A stretch of DNA of 34,305 nucleotides from a bacterium (GCA_037138355.1 JBAXIL010000016.1:1-34305); one strand, 5' to 3'; numbered from the stretch's first letter, positions 9,035 to 19,885 are shown. The notes: generated by a model from the sequence alone, not told the origin. Program-made: numbers and translations.

Positions 9035-9944
9035 AAAAATCAGGAATTCATTACTTCATATATTTATCGTGATTCTTAAGTTTATTATTTTATTTATTCC
9101 ATGGTCCTTAAGCCGGATAATAGGAAGTATGATTGGTAATATTTTTTATTATTCTGCGAAGAAAGAGAGAAACAAGATATTTAAAAACCTGGATATTGTT
9201 TATGGAAAAGATGCATTCAATAGTAAACAAAAAAAGTTATTTGCAAAAAAAGTTTGTATAAATTTAGGAATAGGATTTTATGAATTTGCTAAGTTTTCTA
9301 CTTGGTCACCAAAAAAAATATCTTCTTTAGTAAAAGAAGTTGTTGGTTTAGAATATCTGCAAAAAGCAGCAAAAGAAGGCAAATCGTATATTTCTATCAC
9401 TCCACATATGTCAAACTGGGAAATCACTCCAGTCTATGCCAAACTAAAATTTGGTTGGCCACTTGTGGCAGCTATAGGTAAAAAAATATTTGACCAAAGA
9501 CTTGAAAAAATTGTTCATTCAACGAGAGTAAAGTCTGGTTATGCTATATATGATAAGGATAATATATCCAGAGATATGATAGTAGGTTTAAAAAGCGGAA
9601 AAATGATTTTAGGAATTCTTGTTGATCAAGATACTACAGTAGAAAGTATGATAATACCATTTTTAGGAATCCCTGCTAAAACACCAGTAGTGCCAGCGAT
9701 ACTCGCAAAAAAATATGGAACATATATAGGCACGGTTTTTATGATAAGGCGTGAGGATGGTCATTATAAAATGATTGTTAATAAACCGCATATACCGACG
9801 GAAAAAGATAGTGTTGAATCGATAGCTTTAAGATATAATAATGAGATTAGTGAAATGATAAGAATATATCCACATCAGTGGGTGTGGCTACATGAAAGAT
9901 GGAAAAGCACTTTAGGAACTAATTCTAAGATATACAAAGGATGA
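9015..9944 (+). CDS. Lipid A late acyltransferase family (LpxL/HtrB-like)
   Basis: PHMSNWE (HxxxxE), ILVDQD, PFLG, YPHQWVWLHERWK; N-terminal TM; Kdo/Lpt context. Confidence 0.88.
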   Translation: MKNQFFKKIRNSLLHIFIVILKFIILFIPWSLSRIIGSMIGNIFYYSAKKERNKIFKNLDIVYGKDAFNSKQKKLFAKKVCINLGIGFYEFAKFSTWSPKKISSLVKEVVGLEYLQKAAKEGKSYISITPHMSNWEITPVYAKLKFGWPLVAAIGKKIFDQRLEKIVHSTRVKSGYAIYDKDNISRDMIVGLKSGKMILGILVDQDTTVESMIIPFLGIPAKTPVVPAILAKKYGTYIGTVFMIRREDGHYKMIVNKPHIPTEKDSVESIALRYNNEISEMIRIYPHQWVWLHERWKSTLGTNSKIYKG

Positions 9945-10507
9945 TAATGAGAAAACAATTGTTAATAGCATTAATAATTATTGCAATTATAGTTATGACT
10001 GGGTGTGGGTCTGAAAAAAAAATGAAACCTAATCTACCAGTTGGAGACAAAATTGAAAATATACCTAATTATGTAATAGAAGGTTTTAAGCTCATGTCAA
10101 CTGACAAGGGGAAGCAAGAGTGGGAAATTGAGGGAAAGAATGCTCAGGTTTTCGAGATGAAAAAAAGAATTTTTGTGCAGAACTTTTCAATGAAAACTTT
10201 TGAAAAAAATGGTTCGTATTCAATGACAACTGGGAAAAGGGCAATTATTAATACGGATAACAACTTTATGGAAGTCAGCGAAAATGTTATATACACCGCA
10301 TCTAATGGTATGGTATTAAAAACTGAAAAACTTTTTTGGGATAACACTTTAAAAAAGATATATACGGATGAAAAAGTAATGATAATTAAAGGTCAGTCGG
10401 TTTTGAAAGGTATTGGTTTTGAGTCGGATGCGTCTATGCAAAATATGAAAATTAAGAGACATGTAAGATTGACGGCAAAAGATATGCAAGATGCAGGTAT
10501 TCAATGA
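9941..10507 (+). CDS. lptC: LPS export periplasmic protein LptC, with lipobox-like signal
   Basis: LKTEKLFWD..KKIYTDEKVMI...GIGFESD is typical of LptC; position before lptA/lptB; signal ends VMTGC. Confidence 0.85.
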   Translation: MIMRKQLLIALIIIAIIVMTGCGSEKKMKPNLPVGDKIENIPNYVIEGFKLMSTDKGKQEWEIEGKNAQVFEMKKRIFVQNFSMKTFEKNGSYSMTTGKRAIINTDNNFMEVSENVIYTASNGMVLKTEKLFWDNTLKKIYTDEKVMIIKGQSVLKGIGFESDASMQNMKIKRHVRLTAKDMQDAGIQ

Positions 10508-11373
10508 AATTATATTTAGGTATTTGTATGTTTGTAATAAGTGTGTTTTTATATTCCTGCGTTAGTTTGGAAACTTCAAATAAAACAAATGCAGACCAAC
10601 AAGTAGTATTGAAATCATCAGCTGCTTTTGTAACGACTACTGCTACAAGTGTAGTTAGTAATAAATCTCCTGGGCAAATCACAAACACCGCCGCAACTAA
10701 AAATCAAAAGTTTGCTATAAAGCAACTTATAATAAATTCTGATACTATGAATTACAATAAAGAAACTTCTGAAGCAGTTTTTTTAGGAAATGTGGAGGCG
10801 GAAGCTTCCAATGTTATTATTAAAGCAGATGTTTTGAAAAGCAAGGATTATAAGCAAAGTGCTCAGGCGCAGGGTAATGTAAGGGCTTTATATAAAGATC
10901 AGGGAGTCACTATAGAGTGCGGCAAGCTTGATTATAAGGATAAATTATCTTTTGTATATGCGTATGATGATGTAACTGCACACAAACAATTAGCAAATGG
11001 CGATACTGTCGTTTTAAAGGCTGAAGCTTTGGAGTTTAATGCAGCAGAAAATATTTTGACGGCACAAAAGATGAAGAAACGCATTAGAATCACAATGAAA
11101 GATATAATAGCGTTTTCCGATAAAGTGAGTTACAATGATAAAACTAAGGAATTATTTATGTCAGGGAATCCTTTGGTTAAAAAAGCAAAGAGCTTAATGT
11201 TGGCTGATAGTATTACTCTAAATGTGGATAAAAAGTCGATGAGCTTTAAGCAAAATATATGGACTAAATTATTTTATAAAGATTTTGAAACGGCTCAAAA
11301 GGAGGTCGAAGTTGAGACAGATAAGAACGGAACATCTGGTAAAAATGTACAACAAAAAAAGAGTAGTAAGTGA
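10504..11373 (+). CDS. lptA: LptA/OstA-like beta-jellyroll protein, extended, with lipoprotein-like signal
   Basis: Repeated OstA-like strands ([34 protein letters not shown]); located between lptC and lptB; N-terminal FLYSC followed by an S/T-rich linker. Confidence 0.7.
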   Translation: MKLYLGICMFVISVFLYSCVSLETSNKTNADQQVVLKSSAAFVTTTATSVVSNKSPGQITNTAATKNQKFAIKQLIINSDTMNYNKETSEAVFLGNVEAEASNVIIKADVLKSKDYKQSAQAQGNVRALYKDQGVTIECGKLDYKDKLSFVYAYDDVTAHKQLANGDTVVLKAEALEFNAAENILTAQKMKKRIRITMKDIIAFSDKVSYNDKTKELFMSGNPLVKKAKSLMLADSITLNVDKKSMSFKQNIWTKLFYKDFETAQKEVEVETDKNGTSGKNVQQKKSSK

Positions 11374-12058
11374 TGTTAATATAGAAGTAAATGAAGGTGA
11401 GATAGTAGGACTCTTAGGTCCTAATGGGGCAGGCAAAACTACTACATTTTATATGATTTTGGGCATTATACAGCCAGATATGGGGAAAATATTTTTAGAA
11501 GATACTACAAAAAATGAAAATGTAATAACAGATATTACAGATATGGCTATGTTTAAAAGAGCAAGATTGGGTATGTCATATTTGGCACAGGAACCATCTA
11601 TATTTAGGCGACTAACTGTGGAAGAAAATATTAGGTCTGTACTTGAGTTTATGGATATTTCGCAGGCAGAACAGGATAAAAAACTTGAACACTTACTAAG
11701 CGAGTTTAAAATATCACATTTAAGAAAACAAAAAGCATATACTTTATCAGGTGGAGAACGCCGTAGAACTGAAATTGCAAGAGCGCTTGTTTTATCTCCT
11801 AAGTTTATTCTTTTGGATGAGCCATTTGTGGGTATAGATCCGATTGCAGTAAATGACATACAAAACATAATAAGGGATTTAAAAAAGAAAGGTATAGGAA
11901 TACTTATTACTGACCACAATGTCCGCGAAACACTTTCAATAACAGATAGGGCATATATACTTTTTGACGGCAAAATACTTCTGCACGGAACTGCTGCTAA
12001 GCTCAGCAAGGATAAAAAGGCAAAAGAAATATATCTCGGGGAAAAATTTACCTTATGA
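11312..12058 (+). CDS. lptB: LPS export ABC transporter ATP-binding protein
   Basis: [77 protein letters not shown] 11301-11306 favours TTG 11312. Confidence 0.95.
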   Translation: MRQIRTEHLVKMYNKKRVVSDVNIEVNEGEIVGLLGPNGAGKTTTFYMILGIIQPDMGKIFLEDTTKNENVITDITDMAMFKRARLGMSYLAQEPSIFRRLTVEENIRSVLEFMDISQAEQDKKLEHLLSEFKISHLRKQKAYTLSGGERRRTEIARALVLSPKFILLDEPFVGIDPIAVNDIQNIIRDLKKKGIGILITDHNVRETLSITDRAYILFDGKILLHGTAAKLSKDKKAKEIYLGEKFTL

Positions 12059-14082
12059 TGAGAATGACAGGCGCGGGCATTTTTGCCGCGACGCTGATTT
12101 TGATATTACTTCCTAATTTCTCATCAGCTGCTGTTTTAGATAAATATTATTCAGAACCAATGGAAAGTTCCTTAGCATATTTTATTTCCGAAGCTGCTTC
12201 AGATACTCAAAATGTCATGAAACATTATGAGGCGGCGTGCGCCTTAAAAGAATTTGGACGGAATCAAGAAGCACTTACAGAGTATGAACAAATCATACCT
12301 ACAATTCAAAACAAAAACCAAATCACTCTTGAAACTGCAAAACTTCATTATTTTCTTGGAGATTATTTAAAGGCGGAAGAAGCATTAGTTACTATTTTGA
12401 ATAGTGAAAGTGCAAATTGGGAAGCTTATTATTGGCTTGGTTGTGTTTATTTAGAATCAGGTAGAATTGTTGAGGCGGAAGAAAAGCTTCATAAGGTGGT
12501 TGAAATTAATTCTGAGAAAAATATTACTTATATCAAGCTTGGACAACTTTATGAGAAAAAGGCTGATTTTGTTAATGCTATAATTAACTATAAACTGGCC
12601 ATTAGATATGATAAAACTTACACTGAACTATATAGAAAAATTGCAGAACTTTATGAACTACAAAACGACAATATTAAAGCTTATAATTATTGGCACAAAA
12701 TACAAAATATAGATACCAATAATGAAGTGGCAATACAAAAGACAAATCAGTTCATGGCAACAATTCCATATTTACAAAAGAAAGCTAAGGAGTTTGTTGA
12801 TTTAAAGAAAACAGAGCGTGCGATGATAATGCCTCCTGATAAAAAGGGAGTGGCCGATATTGAAAACATTGCGCAAATAAAAGTTGGTCTTATGCAAGGG
12901 GTTTCTTCTATTAGTTTAAAGTGTGGAAGTGGTTTTGATTTTGCAAATGAAAAATCCGAAACTGTTTTCAAAGGTTTAAAACTCACTGAATATTTCTTTG
13001 AGTATGATAAAGATAAAGCTGAGCCATTTTTTTCTGACAATATAACTAAAACATATTTCAAAAAAGATATGTATTTACTTATATCAAATCCGGAGGCCAC
13101 TACCACAATTTATAATATACAATATGCACAGGGGTTTTATTGGTCTGAGAAAAAAGATACTACTTACAGAGGGAACTTTTTAGTCCGCTATCAGGACGGT
13201 GGTTTTACATTGATTAATCTCATAAATATGGAAGAGTATCTTTATGGCGTGGTCCCTTCTGAAATACCGTCTAATTGGTCTCAAGAGGCACTAAAGGCAC
13301 AAGCAGTGGCTGCTCGTACTTATACCTTTCAACATATGGAAAAACATATAAAAAAAGGTTTTGATGTTTGTAGCCAACAACATTGTGCTGTGTATTCTGG
13401 ATTAAATGGTGAAAATAAAAGCACAAATATAGCAGTTAATGATACAAGAGGACAGGTGCTTTACGGTTCAAATTCTAAACTTTTGGATACCTTTTATTCA
13501 CATTGCTGCGGGGGTTATACTCAGGATGCGAGTGAGGTATGGGGTATGCATAAGAATAATTCTCTGATTGGCGTTTATGATGGAAAAAATAATATGTGGA
13601 ATTTTCCTCTCTCTCCGTACTTTCTTGAACAATATGTAAGGACGAGTCCTAAGGTTTATTGCACAGCTACAGGAGAACAGGAAACGAGTTTTAGATGGAT
13701 TCGTTATCTTGATGCAAACTCTCTGTCGTATTATCTGGATAGAAAAGGTGAGTTAGGCAAGATAAAAGAAGTCAAACCATTAAAACGAGCCAAAGGTGGG
13801 GCTTTGACAAAGTTATATATTCTCGGTGATAAGGGCAATAAAACATACGACTTTGATTCTATGCGTACTGTTTTGGGTAAAATGCGTTCAAATGTAGTAA
13901 AATGGGAGTATATGAAAGATTCTCAGGGATATGTAAAGGAAATATACATATATGGTGCTGGTTGGGGGCATGGAGTAGGTATGTGTCAACGCGGTTTAAA
14001 AGGTATGGCTGAAGATAATCAGGATTATAAGAGTATGTTGTATCACTATTTCCCTGGGGCATATATCAAAAACAGATATTGA
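12055..14082 (+). CDS. Secreted TPR-repeat + SpoIID/LytB-domain protein (putative lytic transglycosylase)
   Basis: Signal peptide; TPR-like repeats ([19 protein letters not shown]); SpoIID motifs [46 protein letters not shown]. Confidence 0.88.
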   Translation: MMRMTGAGIFAATLILILLPNFSSAAVLDKYYSEPMESSLAYFISEAASDTQNVMKHYEAACALKEFGRNQEALTEYEQIIPTIQNKNQITLETAKLHYFLGDYLKAEEALVTILNSESANWEAYYWLGCVYLESGRIVEAEEKLHKVVEINSEKNITYIKLGQLYEKKADFVNAIINYKLAIRYDKTYTELYRKIAELYELQNDNIKAYNYWHKIQNIDTNNEVAIQKTNQFMATIPYLQKKAKEFVDLKKTERAMIMPPDKKGVADIENIAQIKVGLMQGVSSISLKCGSGFDFANEKSETVFKGLKLTEYFFEYDKDKAEPFFSDNITKTYFKKDMYLLISNPEATTTIYNIQYAQGFYWSEKKDTTYRGNFLVRYQDGGFTLINLINMEEYLYGVVPSEIPSNWSQEALKAQAVAARTYTFQHMEKHIKKGFDVCSQQHCAVYSGLNGENKSTNIAVNDTRGQVLYGSNSKLLDTFYSHCCGGYTQDASEVWGMHKNNSLIGVYDGKNNMWNFPLSPYFLEQYVRTSPKVYCTATGEQETSFRWIRYLDANSLSYYLDRKGELGKIKEVKPLKRAKGGALTKLYILGDKGNKTYDFDSMRTVLGKMRSNVVKWEYMKDSQGYVKEIYIYGAGWGHGVGMCQRGLKGMAEDNQDYKSMLYHYFPGAYIKNRY

Positions 14083-14151
14083 TTCATTTATTAAAGTACA
14101 TTATTATATTAATATAGTTGAGTTGTTTAGTATGAGCGAAAGGAGCCGTTT

Positions 14152-15132
14152 ATGAAATTTCAGTTATATCCATTGACTGTAAGGCCTATTTTAAAAAAGA
14201 AAGTTTGGGGCGGGAGTAGTTTGTCTGCTTTTATGAATGTTAAAAAAGCAAAAATTGGTGAGGTCTGGATGTTTGCAGATCAAAAAGAAAACAATTCTAT
14301 TATTTCAAATGGATACTTAAAAGGGTTGACTATAGGTGCGGCAATAAGAAAATATCCACTACAACTTTTGGGAGCTAAGCTAATTTCAAAATATGGTAAA
14401 AAATTTCCATTGTTGTTTAAGTATCTTGATGTAAATGATAAGCTTTCTGTTCAGGTCCATCCAGATGACGCCGCTGCTAAAAGCAAAGGTTATTCGGCTG
14501 GTAAAACAGAAATGTGGTATATCTTAAGCAATACACTAAAGTCAAAACTTTACATTGGCTTTAAAAATAAACAAACAAAAAAATCTGTCTCGCATGCTAT
14601 TGCTGATAATACTATCTTAGATAAACTAAAAAAATATAATACGAATAAAAGTGATTGCTATTTTATTCCAGCAGGAACAGTTCATACGATAGGAAAAGGC
14701 AATATGATATTTGAAATGCAACAGAACTCTGATATAACATACAGGCTATATGATTGGGAAAGAAACAATATTAATGAGGACCGTCCTCTGAGTATTGTTG
14801 ATTCTTTAAAATCAATTAAGTTTGATTCTAACGCTGGTAAAATTAAAACTAAATTAAAGTTACTTTCTGACAATATGTATTGGAGAAAACTAACTAAGTG
14901 CAAATACTTCAATAGCGAAGAACTTATGGTGAAGAAAAAAACAACGATATGTGATAGCTTGAACATGGCGAGGGTAATTACAATTATTGAAGGAAAAATT
15001 GAAATTGAAATAACAGCTAATAAAAAATATTCTTATAGTAGGGGCGATATTGTTTTTATTCCTTTTGGCTTGTCTGAATTGGCAATTACCCTTTATAATA
15101 ATAGCCGAGTAATATATACAGAAATAATTTGA
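14152..15132 (+). CDS. manA: Mannose-6-phosphate isomerase, class I
   Basis: KVWGG, GEVW, FPLLFKYLD, LSVQVHP, GKTEMWY, IPAGTVH, EMQQNSDITYRLYDW; AAGGAG SD. Confidence 0.9.
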   Translation: MKFQLYPLTVRPILKKKVWGGSSLSAFMNVKKAKIGEVWMFADQKENNSIISNGYLKGLTIGAAIRKYPLQLLGAKLISKYGKKFPLLFKYLDVNDKLSVQVHPDDAAAKSKGYSAGKTEMWYILSNTLKSKLYIGFKNKQTKKSVSHAIADNTILDKLKKYNTNKSDCYFIPAGTVHTIGKGNMIFEMQQNSDITYRLYDWERNNINEDRPLSIVDSLKSIKFDSNAGKIKTKLKLLSDNMYWRKLTKCKYFNSEELMVKKKTTICDSLNMARVITIIEGKIEIEITANKKYSYSRGDIVFIPFGLSELAITLYNNSRVIYTEII

Positions 15133-15191
15133 TGATAAAAGCATCGAACTACTAATTTAATTTTTGATTAAATATAAAAGGTGGAAAATCA

Positions 15192-17873
15192 ATGAAAAGA
15201 AATAAATGGCTTGTGGTAGCGATTACACTGGCCTTAATAACAGTGATGAGGGTGGGCATAATGGCACAGGATGATATTTTAAAGGTGAAATTAGATAATG
15301 GTCTTACTGTTATAATCAAGGAAAATCATGCGGCTCCAGTTGTCGCTGTTAATTTTTGGATTAAAACAGGCGCTGCTTTTGAAAATGATTGTGAAAAAGG
15401 TATTTCACACTTTATTGAGCATATGCTTTTTAAGGGTACCACTAAAAGAAAAGTAGGAGATATAGATAAGGAAATAAAATCACTTGGTGGTTATAATAAT
15501 GCATTTACTTCCTACGATGCCACTAATTACATTATAGTTCTTCCAGGCGATCAGGTAGGAAAGGCTTTAGAGATAGAATACGACGCTCTGACATCTTCCG
15601 TATTTGATGAGAGTGAGTTAAACAAAGAGCGAGAGGTTATACTGGCGGAGCTTTATCGTGGACTTGATAATCCAGATGTGTTTATGTGGCAGAAGTTCAT
15701 GAACTTATCTTTTGATAATTATTATAAGGATCCAATAATCGGCTATGCGCCCTTGTTGAAAGACTATACTCGTAAGCAAATATATGATTATTATAAAAAA
15801 TATTATACTGTTGATAATATGATTATAGTAGTAAGTGGTGATGTAGATAAAAACAAGGTATTAGCGACTATAAAGAAATCATTTGGCACTTTAAAACCTG
15901 CGGTTCGTACAAAAAAGCAAACAACCCCAGTCCTCTGGAATGCAGTTAAAAACGAAATCCGTTATAAAACTTTAAGCGGTAAGATTGAGGCCAGATACTT
16001 AGCCATTGGTTTTAAAATACCAGATGCTTTGTCTACTGATATACCAAAATTGGATATACTGGCAAAAGTCCTTGGTGGATCTGAAAGCTCACCATTATAT
16101 CGAGTTTTAAAAGAAGAAAAACAGCTTGTAGATTTTATCGATTGTGACATATTTTCTGGAAAATTTGGCGGACTTTTTGTGATTTCTGCGAATGTTCGCG
16201 AAGGCAAATATGCACAAGTAGTCAAGGAAATATTTGTTCAGTTAGATAAATTGAAAGTCGATGGGATAAAAGTGGAAGATATAGCAAGGGTAAAATCAGA
16301 TATCGCAAGACAAGAATCAAAGGAAGATATGCAGGTAGAAAGTGCGGCACTTAATCTCGGACATTATGAATTACTCGGAGATTACAATTTATATTATAAG
16401 TATAATGATACTGTTAAAAGGGTTTTAGATAAAGATCTAAAAGAGGTTATGGATAAATATTTACAATCAGATTCAACAAATATTGTTATTTATTATCCTG
16501 AGAAAAACGAAGCGGAATTTGAAAAATATAAATCAGTTAAAGATATTTTGGAGTTTGTAAAATATGCAAGTCCTGTGAAAACATCTGAAGAGGGCGTAGT
16601 TACAAAAACTATCTTGCCAAATGGTATAACCTTAATACATAAAAAATTGACGAATGCTGGAATTGTTGATATGAAGTTTTATTTTCGTGGTGGTATAGTA
16701 TTCGAAGGTGTGGAGGATGGTTATTACGAGGGGATAACTAATTTGATGCTCTCAACGATGCTTAAAGGCACAAAAGCTATGTCATATACTGAATTAGCAA
16801 GAAAAATAGATGATTTAGGTGCAATACTTAGTCCGGAAATAAAGAAAGACTCTTTTGGTTGGGCTGCAGAAGTGGTTCCTGCAAATCTTGATGAATTTAT
16901 GAATATACTTGCAGACATTAATATTAATCCTTCTTTTCCTGCTGATGAAGTGAAAAAGGAGAAAGAGGATGTTTTAAATCGCATTAAAGAAATCAAAGAT
17001 AGTCCGCCAGAATACTTATATAAGCTATTTAATAAATTGTTTTTTGATTGGCACCCATACGGCTATCCTGTGATCGGTGAAGCTGATTCTGTTAAGAGAA
17101 TTACCGCTGCAAAGCTAAAAGACTGGCATGATAAGTATATTGCTGCGAATAATATGATAATTTCAGTAGTTGGTAATGTAGATGCGGATTATATGAAAGC
17201 ATTGATTAATGAGAAGTTTGCTAAGCTAAAAACAGGAAAAGCTTCGGTGGCTAAACTCCCAGTAAAGATATCTACTGATAAAAAGATTGAAAGAGAAATA
17301 ATTGATAAGAATCAATCACATATATTGATTGGGTTTTTAGGACCAAAAACTAATAGTGATGATTATTTTCCGATGAAAGTATTGGACAATATATTAAGTG
17401 GTGGTATGGATTCCAGATTATTTAGGGAAGTAAGAGAAAAAAGAAATCTTTGTTATACAGTGTATTCGAGTTTTGATAGATATGTCGAAAAGGGTGCCTT
17501 TAAAATATATACTGCTACTGCTCCTGAAAATGAGCAAAAAGCCGTTGATGAGATATTTAAGGTTTTGGTTGACCTGCGTGATAATGGCATTACTGATCAG
17601 GAATTAAAAAGTACAAAGAGCTATATGAGTGGAATGTTTAAAGTTGGACTTCAGGATTATATGTCACAAGCCGAGGTTTACTTGTCTTATGAGTTGTGGG
17701 GCATGGGCTATCAAACAGCAGATGAGTATATTACTAAAATAAATAATGTAACAAAAGAAGAAGTTAATGCAGTTGCAAAAAAATATATTAAGCTAAATAA
17801 TTATACGCAGGTGATAGTAGGACCTGCTGAAAAGGAAGCAAAAACAAATGATAAAAATACAGAATCTAAGTAA
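15192..17873 (+). CDS. M16 (pitrilysin/PqqL-like) zinc peptidase, exported, fused two-half form
   Basis: Signal peptide; LDNGL; inverted zinc motif HFIEHMLFKGT; NAFTS; second half LPNGI lacks HxxEH; SRLFREVREKRNLCY. Confidence 0.92.
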   Translation: MKRNKWLVVAITLALITVMRVGIMAQDDILKVKLDNGLTVIIKENHAAPVVAVNFWIKTGAAFENDCEKGISHFIEHMLFKGTTKRKVGDIDKEIKSLGGYNNAFTSYDATNYIIVLPGDQVGKALEIEYDALTSSVFDESELNKEREVILAELYRGLDNPDVFMWQKFMNLSFDNYYKDPIIGYAPLLKDYTRKQIYDYYKKYYTVDNMIIVVSGDVDKNKVLATIKKSFGTLKPAVRTKKQTTPVLWNAVKNEIRYKTLSGKIEARYLAIGFKIPDALSTDIPKLDILAKVLGGSESSPLYRVLKEEKQLVDFIDCDIFSGKFGGLFVISANVREGKYAQVVKEIFVQLDKLKVDGIKVEDIARVKSDIARQESKEDMQVESAALNLGHYELLGDYNLYYKYNDTVKRVLDKDLKEVMDKYLQSDSTNIVIYYPEKNEAEFEKYKSVKDILEFVKYASPVKTSEEGVVTKTILPNGITLIHKKLTNAGIVDMKFYFRGGIVFEGVEDGYYEGITNLMLSTMLKGTKAMSYTELARKIDDLGAILSPEIKKDSFGWAAEVVPANLDEFMNILADININPSFPADEVKKEKEDVLNRIKEIKDSPPEYLYKLFNKLFFDWHPYGYPVIGEADSVKRITAAKLKDWHDKYIAANNMIISVVGNVDADYMKALINEKFAKLKTGKASVAKLPVKISTDKKIEREIIDKNQSHILIGFLGPKTNSDDYFPMKVLDNILSGGMDSRLFREVREKRNLCYTVYSSFDRYVEKGAFKIYTATAPENEQKAVDEIFKVLVDLRDNGITDQELKSTKSYMSGMFKVGLQDYMSQAEVYLSYELWGMGYQTADEYITKINNVTKEEVNAVAKKYIKLNNYTQVIVGPAEKEAKTNDKNTESK

Positions 17874-18261
17874 GAAAACATTCTCGAAGTATGGAATAAT
17901 TCTTGAACAGTCTGACAAGAAAAAAGTTTTTACAGTATTAACTGGTGATAAAAACGCTAAAGGATGGAGAATAGGTTATCTCGTTTTTCGTCCAGGAGTA
18001 GTAGATAGTTTGGAGTCACATCCTGAGTCAATGGAAACATTTGAACCAGTTTCAGGTACGACAGTGATTCTTGTAGCTGAGAAAAACACTCCCGAAAAGA
18101 TAGAAGCGTTTTTGCTTGATAAACCAGTCTGCGTGTTAAAAAATGTATGGCATGGCGTGAGGGTATTATCAGAACAAGCCGAGATAAAATTAACTGAAAA
18201 CTTTGAAGTGGAATCTCTGATTTATAAATTAAAGAAATCAATAGATATAGGATTTGTTTAA
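17848..18261 (+). CDS. Ureidoglycolate lyase (AllA)-like cupin protein
   Basis: LSKKTFSKYG, LESHPESMETF, AFLL, NVWHG match the AllA-family layout. Confidence 0.65.
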   Translation: MIKIQNLSKKTFSKYGIILEQSDKKKVFTVLTGDKNAKGWRIGYLVFRPGVVDSLESHPESMETFEPVSGTTVILVAEKNTPEKIEAFLLDKPVCVLKNVWHGVRVLSEQAEIKLTENFEVESLIYKLKKSIDIGFV

Positions 18262-18301
18262 AAATATATTAGCAAAAAAACAATATTTCATAGGATGGTT
18301 T

Positions 18302-19717
18302 ATGAATAGAAATCTGAATAAAATTATTTTATACATAGTTTTTTTGGCTTTGGGGACAGCTTTATTTAAGTTATTTAATCTTGATTTGACAATTCAAAAG
18401 TATTTCTTTGATTTTACGAATAACACATGGAAATTTGCTAATCTTTCCGTAATCCAATGGCTATATAAATACGGAACTTATCCAGCTATTGTTTTAACTG
18501 TTATAGCAATATTTATTTTTATCTTTGGGTTTGTTTATGAAGGATTGAAAAAACATAGGAAAGCAGCACTTTTGATTATTCTTACAATGTTTATAGGTCC
18601 AGGACTTGTCACTAATGTAATATTAAAGAACAATACAGGAAGACCGAGACCTCGAGATATAGTAGAATTCAATGGGAAAATGAACTTTAAACAGCCGCTT
18701 GAATTTGGAGTTGCAGGTAAAGGATTTTCTTTTCCTTGTGGACACTGTACTATGGGTTTCTTCTTTTATGCCGCATATTTAATCTTAAGAAAAAAACATA
18801 AAAAGTCATCATATGTTGTTTTGGCAGGTTCTGTTATATATGGTTCAGCAATGGGGCTTGGACGAATAGCACAAGGGGGGCACTTTGCTTCTGATGTGTT
18901 ATGGGCTGCTGGCATTACATTTATTATAGCCGAAACACTTCATATTTTTGTAGTTAAGACCGACAATCAAGAAAGTATTATGAATAATATTAAAATAAAA
19001 AATAAAATGTTAGCATACGCTTTAGCGTTGATGTTCGTTATAATTACAGCTTTAATATTTCTTATTGCTACACCTTTTAATTTACATAAAGAATATGCAT
19101 TAAAAAATTATTCGGAAGTAGAAATTATCAGTAATAGAGCCGATATTACGGTTGGTACAGCAATAAATAGTTTGATAAAGTTTCAGGCAACAGGTTTCGG
19201 TCTTCCGTGGTCTAAATACAATGAAAATATAAAAACAGAAGGAAATTTGATATATATGGCTACGGCAGAGGGTTTGTTTTCGGAATTAAATTCTTCTATT
19301 AATTTGTATATGGCAAATGCGAATAGTAAGTCAATCACCATAACCGCCGAAAAAGGAAATATATATTATAATTTAGGGCAGTCGTGTAATAATATTTATT
19401 TAAGTTCAGAAAAGGGTAATATAGAGTTTAATCCGTTAGGTAAAAGTAATATTAGAAACTTGGTTATTAATTCAGAAAATGGTAATGTTATAGTTGTTTT
19501 GCCTAAATTATTAGGTTTTCAAGATAAAGCATATATAGAAATTAATGCTCCTAAAGGTGATATTTTGATTAAGAATGGTACTGCTAACACCTTTGACATG
19601 AATAAACTACTAACAAAACCAGATGGCTCTAAGCAATTGTTCACTGAAACTAAAGGCAATACAGTTGTAAAGCTTAAAGCAGAAGGCAAAAGCATAAACA
19701 TAGAAGCACAACCATAA
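18302..19717 (+). CDS. PAP2-family membrane phosphatase with a C-terminal beta-solenoid (DUF4097/adhesin-like) domain
   Basis: C1 KNNTGRPRP, C2 SFPCGH, C3 GRIAQGGHFASD; multiple TMs; C-terminal repeats of I.I.(S/A)E.G(N/D)I. Start uncertain (TTG 18254 or ATG 18302). Confidence 0.82.
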   Translation: MNRNLNKIILYIVFLALGTALFKLFNLDLTIQKYFFDFTNNTWKFANLSVIQWLYKYGTYPAIVLTVIAIFIFIFGFVYEGLKKHRKAALLIILTMFIGPGLVTNVILKNNTGRPRPRDIVEFNGKMNFKQPLEFGVAGKGFSFPCGHCTMGFFFYAAYLILRKKHKKSSYVVLAGSVIYGSAMGLGRIAQGGHFASDVLWAAGITFIIAETLHIFVVKTDNQESIMNNIKIKNKMLAYALALMFVIITALIFLIATPFNLHKEYALKNYSEVEIISNRADITVGTAINSLIKFQATGFGLPWSKYNENIKTEGNLIYMATAEGLFSELNSSINLYMANANSKSITITAEKGNIYYNLGQSCNNIYLSSEKGNIEFNPLGKSNIRNLVINSENGNVIVVLPKLLGFQDKAYIEINAPKGDILIKNGTANTFDMNKLLTKPDGSKQLFTETKGNTVVKLKAEGKSINIEAQP

Positions 19718-19783
19718 TATAATTATTTATGATTGCGAGTCGCTTTTGTTGATTATTACAATATCCAAAATTCTCAATATAAC

Positions 19784-19812
19784 TTGATTAAGTCGTTTAT
19801 TGGGTGTATATT
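19784..19812 (+). promoter_or_regulatory. Possible sigma70-type promoter
   Basis: TTGATT 19784-19789, 17 nt, TATATT 19807-19812; AT-rich background weakens the call. Confidence 0.4.
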
Positions 19813-19885
19813 GTTATCAAGATTGAATAATCAATAACTTTTGTGATTTAAGTAGATTCATAAAACTATTTTAAGGGGAGGTTTT

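Noticed and set aside
12055..14082. Evidence of endospore formation
   Set aside because: SpoIID/LytB domains are common in non-sporulating diderms and no other spo genes are in the window.
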